A stretch of 64,000 bases of DNA from a virus. Location of the stretch: the IMG/VR virus record IMGVR_UViG_3300034272_001701, positions 32,001-96,000 of that record; one strand, given 5' to 3'. The notes under the pieces are model-generated. The model saw only the letters and a program-made list of their open reading frames with translations, did not search any database and was not told the DNA's origin. Positions 58,901-64,000 of the stretch are shown here, in pieces. Numbering within the stretch: position 1 is the stretch's first letter; every line of letters starts with the position of its first letter. The position numbers were made by a program, and so were the translations under genes.

Positions 58901-61900
58901 CGTTCCTCTTTGATTTCCGGAAGTGATAGTGTATGCGTTATTATTGACTTGACTAGGAATAATAAAGAAATAAGGATTCGTTAAGTCGTATCCGCTCACT
59001 ACATAACCGGCTGCACTTTTTTCAACAATAACAGCACTATAGGTAATTTTGTTTACCGGACTACCTTTAAACAACTCAATTCTATAATTCTCTTCGGGCA
59101 CTATAACGCTATCACTAATACTGCTTGGGCTGCTTTGTTCTGCAAGTAATTCAATGAATTTTTTGTCAGTGTACCCGGCCATCTTGTATGCCAACTGAAC
59201 ATCTAGCGATGCAAGATTGTCTTTGATCAATATTGATGCATCAGCGATACCTAAATTTTTAACGTAATCTCTAATCCAGTTTAAATAACCAGAATTTCGT
59301 TCTACGGTAGTACCGTTGTTGTAGCCCTGTACCAAGAGAGCCGTAGGTGTGAGATGTTGTCCAGTGCTGGCTATTTCAAATTGAGCTGTGACTGGGTTTC
59401 TAGTGTAATTTTGAGTGTTTGCTAGCAAAGAAAAATACTTGGCTGGCTTGGCTAAAGCTAGGGCCAGTTGCATAGCAAATGCATATTCACTACTTCTGCG
59501 CCATGCAGTTTCCACTGGTCCCATATCGCCAACTGCAAAGTTGATATTAGCTTTTCCGCTATCAAAATCAGCAACAAGTATCTTTTCAGGACTTACTAAA
59601 TCTCCGTTGTCGTCAACAGGCACATATTGTGCAAGATTAGGGCGTTGATATCTTGAATCAAAACCAGACCGACTACCGGCATGAATATATCCAAGACTCA
59701 GGTCGCTCCATAATAAACCGTTTCCTCCGGTGTAAGGGGCAGGACCGTATCTGTCATTCCAATAGTCTGGCTTTTCGCTGAATCCCAACATCTCCCATGG
59801 ATGAGTATGTGGTCTATCAGTATCATAAAAATAACGATAGATACTGCGCCAAGCTCCGGGTAAAGTCTCTCCGTTGACTACGTCTCTAAATCTTCTATAG
59901 TTCCATGTGAACGGATCTGATGCATTGAAGTTATTGTTGTCTGAATAGTTTAATCTATTAGTTCCTATCCAAGACAAGAATCCTTGACTTAAAATTTGTG
60001 TAAATTCTGTCAATGAATAATCTGTAGGTCTAAATTTGCCTGGTATGTAATCATGTACATTAAAAATGTTCGTGTCGTATTGAACTTTAATATTATTATA
60101 AATTCTACGCTCTAATTCTAATATTAGATTGTCTCTAAAATCATTGAATGCCGGTATAATACTACCATCATGTCCTTGAATTACATTTATTGGTTCTCTA
60201 TAGGTATCGTCTACATAAATTTCAGGATAGAATTTTGGATACATTCCCATCTTGGTTGGTGTTTCGGGAACAAAGCAGCCGTCTGTGGTACTGTATTCAA
60301 CAATGTCAATTTTATCGCCATATAGTAAACCAAATGAGTCATTGATCGTAATCGCTGGCCGATCCTGTCTGAAAATAAAATCTCTGTCTTTGATTAATAA
60401 TGTTTTTGATGTAATGGTATTAATTGTTCTTGTGAGATAAACTAGAACAGCTTTGTTGCTTATAACTTTATCATTGAAAATACTTGTAATTTCATAACTT
60501 GTAATATCTGGGTCTAACACTGTATATGTAGGAATTACAGTTTTGCCTAGATCTCCATATGGAAACATATCACTGTAATACCAAGGAAACGATTCGTTTT
60601 TAACGGCATTAATTTGTAGCATAATAGCATCTACGCTGCCTGCAACGTCATCGCGATTTAAATCTAAATTACCTGCTAGTTCTAAAAATTTAATCTTGAA
60701 TTTTGTATATTCTCTATTGGCCAATTTAAGCGCATTTACAAAATTCATTGTAGGATGATTTAAAAATAGCCCAGAATAAACTACAGGAGCACTGTGCTGT
60801 AGAACACTTCCCCCTTTATTCATATATTGAATATCTCTTAGATTACTGTTTCCAGGAACCTTACCAATGATATCTAAACTATTGTTTTTTAGCGTAATCA
60901 AATGATTACGCATTTGCCCTAGTGTTAATGTTTCAAGATTGGTATTTAAACTATTCACATCAAGATTAAGAGGTACTTCGTAATATGCATTTGGTGAAAC
61001 TAAATCTTTATTAAAGATGCTAACAAAAATAACATCATCTTTAACAATTAAATCAGGATTGACTAGCACTGCAAATTGATCAACTACACGAGTTACTGCA
61101 AAATTTCCTATGTCCAAGATCGCGTTGTTTACTGTAACTTTTATGTTTGGATTAATAATACTGGTATCAGGTATATTATCAATTGGAAATAGGTTGGTTT
61201 CGCCATCGTATGTGAATTGATAATTTTGATATTGATGGCTAAAGTCTCTATTAATAGTCCAAATGTTCTGTCTTTGACAAGTTGATACGCTAACATTTTT
61301 TTGTAAATATCCTGCATTTACTGTCACTGTTTCTATACCACCGCCACCAATGAGATAATCAAATGTTTGAGTATCATAATCATTTGTGAACTGAATATCT
61401 CCTTGACTTACAAAGTTTTTATAACTTAGCGGAAACCCAATGACAGGATCATTGTTGCCAGTTCCTCTTTTGTAAGAAAATATTTTTGTTCCTTGAAATG
61501 TTGTACCAGGATAAACAGAGCTGTCAGAAAAACTTATACCGTCATCGTTAATTAAATCAAATAATGGTTCTTGATTATTACCGGTTTTTTCTTGAGACGC
61601 GGCCCACGACGTTCCATTATAATACCAATGTTTTCCGCCATTTGATCCCGACAGAACAAGAACTGTATTTCCTGCCACCACAGTTGCATCTTCTGCTTCT
61701 TGGATAAAAGCTTTATACACCAATGGATCAGGCGCTTCAGTGGTTGTTTCTATAGAAAATTTATAAATTTTATTTCTTACATCATTATTAATGTCATTGG
61801 AAAAAATAACCCTATCGCCTGTAGTAAGAGTCAAATCGCCCACTGTGAATGTTTTTTCATCAACACAAACTAATCCTTGTATCTGTGTAAAAGCATTTGT

Positions 61901-64000
61901 AATTGTTGTGTCAAGAATATCTATAGGTTGTTTGGCTTCAGCACCAAATTTGTATAGTTGCAAGCTGGCATCAAATTCAATTACTGGTCTGCTTGCTCTT
62001 AAATTTTGATTAAAAATTGCGTCTGTACCGTTGTAGTCTGCAGTTTTTTGAATTACATCCATATGGAACCAACGGTTCGCTCTTGACCAAGGATTTCTAT
62101 CTATACTAGATCTTTTAATGGTCATGTAATCTTGTACTGCAGGTTGCAGATAGGCATTAATTAATGCATTTGTGCCGGATCCGCCAATTAGTGCAACAGG
62201 ATTGGTTGGTAAAGTAGAATAATTACCCCTGTCTTTGATTTTAAAAGCACCAATTGGTCCAGAGGTTGGGGCTCCAATAGTTACTGCCGGCGTAGCAAAA
62301 TATCCACTGCCAGCCGAATCAATAATGATATTGGTAACAACGCCATTGGCAATTACCGCATGAGCAAATGCACTTGTTCCACCAACAGGAGCTGATTCTA
62401 TTGTCACAGTAGGAGCACTTGTATATCCTGATCCGCTGTGTGTAATATTGATTGAAGTCAATACTCCACTGATTGTATTAATACTTGCCTCAACGGTTGC
62501 AGTATCTTCCACAATGTCTGTTACCACTGCCGTTGCAACTGCTGTGCCTACACCACCCTCGAATGTAAGTCGATCTCCTACTACATAATTTTGTCCTGGT
62601 TCAACAATTGTGCTTGTATTAATAGCCTCAATCGAAGTTAATTCTGATTCAGCAACCAGAGTAATAGATTCGCCCACGCCTTCTACATAAAAGTTTTTAT
62701 TTCTCCATACTTCAGGAGCACTAGCGTCAAACCTTACTTTTAATCCATTAGTAAAACTGACTCCGTTTGGGCTGATATAATTAATTTGTCCTAAAATTTC
62801 TACATCTGGGTCAATGGTACTGCTAGTGGGTTCAATTAATCGTATGCCGCCAATTGCATCATTATCCTCTCCACTTTGATAAAATAAGTTATCCAATGGA
62901 GCTGTAATATAAGGTACCAATGTCAGTAAATTTAATCTAGAATAAAACTCTCTACCAGCATATTCTTGACCTGCTTTAATTCTTACTTTGTGTTCATTGG
63001 AAATTGGAAATTTTGGAAATAAAATGATACGCTCTTCGTCATTTTCATCTCTTTCAATTTTTATTGTAAAAATACTTGTTCTTTGCTCAAAAGGAATTAA
63101 ACTATTCTGATCAAAATAAGCAACACCGTCCTCTACTCTAGACGTATCAACCCAATACGCATCATCTATAAATGCAGGATTTACAAAAACAACAGATGCG
63201 TTTTCTAAATATCTTACCGTGCCATCAATACCACCTAAATTTTCATTTAATTCTTGAGGTTTAGCTCCCAAGATTTGATTAAACGATAAATTGGTTGCAT
63301 AATCTACATCATCAACAATAGGCATCGATGTCCAACGATTTTGAGCATTGTTGGCTGGTACTGTAAATCTAACAGTGCCAACTGATTGACCGTTGTTGGA
63401 AACACCAAAAACTTGTCTAATATCTAAATTTGGAGAATCTGTATCAATGCCGTTTACGCCTGGTTTGTATTGAATATAAAATTCATTTCCAGGTTCGTTG
63501 ATGATAAAATCGTAAACTCCTCCTCTTGACAATGTAATTGTGGGATTGGGAGTTTTTCCGTATCCACTGAATTCGTATGTTCCTGACGTGGGGTTATATA
63601 TTACATTGAAGCTATCTTCTAGGGGAGTACCTACTGCAGAAATTACTACAGGATCAGGACCATTATCCAACCAATAATATTGGCTAAAATTAACAAACTT
63701 GTCTAGATCCATTCTAGGATTATAGGTATAATATTCATTGTCAAACAATCGACTGTGATTGTTTGTTAGTCCTCCATAATACCTAATTTTATTAATTATG
63801 TCTGCATAAGTGGTTGCAAATTCAACTTCGTTTGTAACATCATTTTTTAAAACCAAGGATGGTTCAAGTTGATAGTTTTGTCTATCTTTTGTGCCTTCTT
63901 CAATATAGCTGTCGGCTGTTTTATATGATGGAGCTAATTTTCTTCCAATGTACCCGTTAATTTTTTTGAGCGATGGCTCACTAATCAATTGGTCAAGGGT
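49916..64000 (-). CDS. Giant baseplate/tail structural protein (>4,690 aa, start lies beyond the window edge)
   Basis: Frame is open through base 64000. Contains G.GYT..P.V.I repeats, FG-GAP-like propeller repeats, five ~50-aa YxLSTxW propeller blades and HAPEEL.PG. Confidence 0.85.
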   Translation of the reverse strand, partial: TLDQLISEPSLKKINGYIGRKLAPSYKTADSYIEEGTKDRQNYQLEPSLVLKNDVTNEVEFATTYADIINKIRYYGGLTNNHSRLFDNEYYTYNPRMDLDKFVNFSQYYWLDNGPDPVVISAVGTPLEDSFNVIYNPTSGTYEFSGYGKTPNPTITLSRGGVYDFIINEPGNEFYIQYKPGVNGIDTDSPNLDIRQVFGVSNNGQSVGTVRFTVPANNAQNRWTSMPIVDDVDYATNLSFNQILGAKPQELNENLGGIDGTVRYLENASVVFVNPAFIDDAYWVDTSRVEDGVAYFDQNSLIPFEQRTSIFTIKIERDENDEERIILFPKFPISNEHKVRIKAGQEYAGREFYSRLNLLTLVPYITAPLDNLFYQSGEDNDAIGGIRLIEPTSSTIDPDVEILGQINYISPNGVSFTNGLKVRFDASAPEVWRNKNFYVEGVGESITLVAESELTSIEAINTSTIVEPGQNYVVGDRLTFEGGVGTAVATAVVTDIVEDTATVEASINTISGVLTSINITHSGSGYTSAPTVTIESAPVGGTSAFAHAVIANGVVTNIIIDSAGSGYFATPAVTIGAPTSGPIGAFKIKDRGNYSTLPTNPVALIGGSGTNALINAYLQPAVQDYMTIKRSSIDRNPWSRANRWFHMDVIQKTADYNGTDAIFNQNLRASRPVIEFDASLQLYKFGAEAKQPIDILDTTITNAFTQIQGLVCVDEKTFTVGDLTLTTGDRVIFSNDINNDVRNKIYKFSIETTTEAPDPLVYKAFIQEAEDATVVAGNTVLVLSGSNGGKHWYYNGTSWAASQEKTGNNQEPLFDLINDDGISFSDSSVYPGTTFQGTKIFSYKRGTGNNDPVIGFPLSYKNFVSQGDIQFTNDYDTQTFDYLIGGGGIETVTVNAGYLQKNVSVSTCQRQNIWTINRDFSHQYQNYQFTYDGETNLFPIDNIPDTSIINPNIKVTVNNAILDIGNFAVTRVVDQFAVLVNPDLIVKDDVIFVSIFNKDLVSPNAYYEVPLNLDVNSLNTNLETLTLGQMRNHLITLKNNSLDIIGKVPGNSNLRDIQYMNKGGSVLQHSAPVVYSGLFLNHPTMNFVNALKLANREYTKFKIKFLELAGNLDLNRDDVAGSVDAIMLQINAVKNESFPWYYSDMFPYGDLGKTVIPTYTVLDPDITSYEITSIFNDKVISNKAVLVYLTRTINTITSKTLLIKDRDFIFRQDRPAITINDSFGLLYGDKIDIVEYSTTDGCFVPETPTKMGMYPKFYPEIYVDDTYREPINVIQGHDGSIIPAFNDFRDNLILELERRIYNNIKVQYDTNIFNVHDYIPGKFRPTDYSLTEFTQILSQGFLSWIGTNRLNYSDNNNFNASDPFTWNYRRFRDVVNGETLPGAWRSIYRYFYDTDRPHTHPWEMLGFSEKPDYWNDRYGPAPYTGGNGLLWSDLSLGYIHAGSRSGFDSRYQRPNLAQYVPVDDNGDLVSPEKILVADFDSGKANINFAVGDMGPVETAWRRSSEYAFAMQLALALAKPAKYFSLLANTQNYTRNPVTAQFEIASTGQHLTPTALLVQGYNNGTTVERNSGYLNWIRDYVKNLGIADASILIKDNLASLDVQLAYKMAGYTDKKFIELLAEQSSPSSISDSVIVPEENYRIELFKGSPVNKITYSAVIVEKSAAGYVVSGYDLTNPYFFIIPSQVNNNAYTITSGNQRGTVYKDFKKAKYTVPYGFEFNTKQQVVDFLVSYQRYLLAQGFIFIDREDDLQEQKDWVLSAKEFLHWAGQGWKTNSIIVLSPVSTKLKVFDSASVVDEIKNTPYSSRVLDINFKPIIKNNFTISRDNNVFTFISNADQTVGFAELDLVQYEHLLILDNITVFNDIIYVPELGNRQYRLKLVGAKTLTWNGNLELPGFIYSSDVIDEWESGKDYLKGSIVKYKFRFYTAIQNVIASDQFQTNNWQLIPSSELKSGVINNFATNAQQGINFYDIDNQPINEDLQLFSNGLIGFRNREYFTNLGIDPTTQSKFYQGFIKQKGTVNALNALQGATFGNLDTDINFYENWAVRVGEYGATDINKFFEFELNESDFSSNPTAFQLIDNTVQEESDVLAIDINNIFKSSGEYQANIFRVNSMEEPNAFKPLPVAGFVNLDDIDATIFDLSDYETLTTIVNNIGIGYKIWVARDFDKNWNVYRASLVNGYIFGLRYNIDDLVEVIFDRDHGLTVNDLVVIKNFEPQFDGVYQVDSIIDSTRFYVRLYQNLQQMQETQAFAGIGILFKLTSSKIDYLKDVDSIRPTAGWIPNDKIWVNNLDENQNWGVYNKIDPWNFATKIELDASKLSGNDFFGKVVSLDPNNANFLYAGAPESGTGRAAIFGRVGTNSWAPSSFLYGNSNNLDGFGKSLANGTGYFAVGAPDSATNRGYVYVYKDGVLVQLLTDPSGSANYKFGESLAMSRDGVYLYIGSPGADKVFCYALKTRAEDTQSFEGDGSATAFTLSSTVDDPTDIVVFAVLRSAEYVPTVDYTITQASNGIISFTHSGTGVTGGGTLTYTNVSATGGSGSGAKFTVINSNSGVYSVIRINGGSGYSNGDTLTIPGTSLGGASPANNITITVSSKGSVTNLTFGTAPTNFERFDVLRRSSYYKLIETITGESETNFGCAISTNRDSSTIAIGANTKSLNGVANEGIVYVYHRTITEFTTDGFSGTFTAPDNFNDVYRVLFNNNVLREGTDWYRPGGTLNVVQFPGFSTPTAGQRVRVETNQFILNQTLNASDIGITGQKFGSILALCGTGCNLYISSPYYAEVNYATGLITRYVNVGRVYGQITGSVSNPTVTAGHTLVINDRNIQFSGTTLTSVVNSINNANIPGVSAEIYQNKLRINSDVVVANDKLDIKPGSVGTAFSDLGIQIYKKTQTIKHPNNIGERFGTSLGLSQSYGVIGVGSEGADIDIPISFDQLVSLTTFDSNSTLFVDRVKDSGAVYMYDLLENPFESVDNPSTFAFTQKLVGPDLETGFNFGSSVSLVDGTMAVGVSNDFSIVPGGGSIYTYYNQNNKAGWELIRYKDSQVDPKSLNSAFIYNKKNQTIINFFDTYDPAKGKILGIVDQELDYKEEYDPASYNTVSRSDGILNTTFYWSNRHVGRTWWDTSRASFIEYEQGPLQYRVKNWGNLFPGSQVKIYEWVESNFLPSQYTANGGNGTPKYPDNSAYTSVNIVDPATGIISQKYYYWVGGKTSVDSIKAKRTLSVSSLESYISNPKDQNIPYIAAIATNSAALYNVSNLLTSKDIVLHIETCDINNSNIIHNEYQLIQQGNPSQVLPARIINKLKESYRGFDEAGKLVPDPKLNAENQLGLLIRPRQGIFVNRISALQSYVQNLNEIFVQYPVLLISNASELYSEEAPPVNFDDQVASFAELSYLDMDTFADGYTILIPIDSRYSGRWTYYRFNGITKEFDLQAIQSYKTDLWWTPKDWYSSEYVEGTDISQVVFNYGAIQTFDLVADQYIQILDDGAGNWQIYRVESDLSLTLIAAQNATLTLSDRLYKTLWGAGFDTTVFDIIDFDPTAGIEIGKIFDSVYQELLINSLAGEFNKTFFSIVNYIFSEQKNPDWIFKTSFIDVYHNLRTLEQIPNYIRDNQSFYNEYINEAKPYRTAVREYVPLYSKIDIATGSWTDFDVPGRYYTTESIYKSPDINSPTDAEYFNLPIYSAYAENYKYKITDYIIGNAGINYTTAPNVEIIGGGGNGASAITTINPATGKLTGIYVINPGSGYTSTPTVFINGVGSGATAYPILHNEYNTNGSYNTVRDITTTLKFDRITYSSNIVQWQPNTAYRQTIIVDGNKANAWNLDRMEFNETNNSLGDQDADITEVFFDDTGTKMYIAGNDSNRIYQYTLSTAWDATTASNVGAVSVAAQDTNVQGLYFRDDGVKMYIVGTTNDNVYEYRLATPWMVNTASNVSAKSISSQESSPRAIEFSKDGINMYVLGTLNDRVYQYTLSTPWQVETASYAGKNISVTAQDNFPTALRFKPDGTKFYIVGQQNDTLFEYTLSTNWDISTATFSNSYRLNTSTATGLYFKYDGTGMYVSDSSTNSVQNYIFNSVGIVPIESNVYITSGNIIYYNNVAYIATNANVSSQSVFDFSRYTKINDGNVLLSAADRITSYYFAEVGRPGKDFGQLMFGTEYPGNKVEGKNFLANSYAITSNVIGFNYTGMRITSANIQQVDFAKGGFDLNDTLRIQGQYDFPFKNNADFRIISIDHSEMMLAGPPIETLYTITLNSNVSLQAGDYITQANTRANAFVLHDYPSANVIQIIHSITGFTVSANTISINGVPQSARISEIIAGGTANVKITNLTIDTLLDSNIASFYKDTALGTRPEDINIVGGAYVDGYSSHAPEELIPGRVFDALELRVFTNNASNTATYGFREFQPMRGNIEFYRISGNATTTLSANLNITDTDVYVTDASLLPDPGAAVGIPGEVFINGELIHYYQKYDAAKILTADPWTPNTVFAPDHLIAHSGNTYLVLANVYANSTAYISSSNVRQVFVNTLSQLRRGVDGTGAANLHPTGTKVVDSSLVQVLPNTAPKFTTLTGSFNVAANVTWRIQLGAPITANVGSYITQNSNTANVKLLETVSSSNTVAVQFVSGNLTIGSDTVAIFNPGSSTWQTTAANVRAMRILGEVNSSGNVVLTSDTILQSNLWIPLGTGVGLEGSTSEAAQFIRQEVSYTP
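51810..52510 (-). repeat. Five ~50-aa beta-propeller repeats within the giant protein
   Basis: F..(D/T)G..(M/F)Y(I/V) occurs five times; the first four copies are followed by Y.L.T.W. Confidence 0.75.

Noticed and set aside
1326-62009. Many short opposite-strand or alternate-frame ORFs in the track (e.g. 6445..6837, 22832..23254, 25470..25910, 36669..37133, 47106..47393)
   Set aside because: They lie inside well-supported genes and lack motifs or initiation signals. The Pro-rich one is just the antisense of poly-Gly codons.
1-64000. tRNA, rRNA, CRISPR array, transposase, integrase or homing endonuclease
   Set aside because: Intergenic gaps are almost all under 100 nt and none shows these signatures.
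1-64000. Stop-codon reassignment
   Set aside because: Conserved genes are full length in the standard code, and TAG, TGA and TAA all end genes.

Overview
This is a 64-kb segment of a large, AT-rich tailed phage genome, probably a jumbo myovirus; the taxonomy is inferred from gene content, T4-type TAAATA late-promoter motifs and a >4,690-aa baseplate/tail protein. The left third (762-22014, + strand) encodes UDP-glucose dehydrogenase, a purine phosphoribosyltransferase, queD, queE, an RNase H-type 5'-3' exonuclease, an early block under sigma70-type promoters (basic DNA-binding protein, MoxR-type AAA ATPase, HExxH/VWA protein), DHFR, thymidylate synthase and sugar-nucleotide enzymes. The right two-thirds are almost all - strand. 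Tail/baseplate structural genes (41892-64000) are followed directly by a ~20-kb enzyme module: three GT-like genes plus a repeated GT-like protein, five paralogous N-terminal-twitch radical SAM enzymes, SGNH-like proteins, a carbamoyltransferase with an unannotated 33-aa companion peptide, a 2OG-Fe(II) oxygenase, an APS kinase and dCMP deaminase. The best candidate new system is phage-encoded virion protein glycosylation with heavy glycan tailoring: distal parts of the adjacent tail proteins are strongly enriched in a [A/G/S]-N-[V/I/L/T] motif that is absent from the control region. A second candidate is a riboswitch-like, RBS-sequestering leader upstream of queD. No tRNA, rRNA, CRISPR array or mobile element was seen. 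All family calls come from motif recognition by eye, not database searches, and all counts are by hand.
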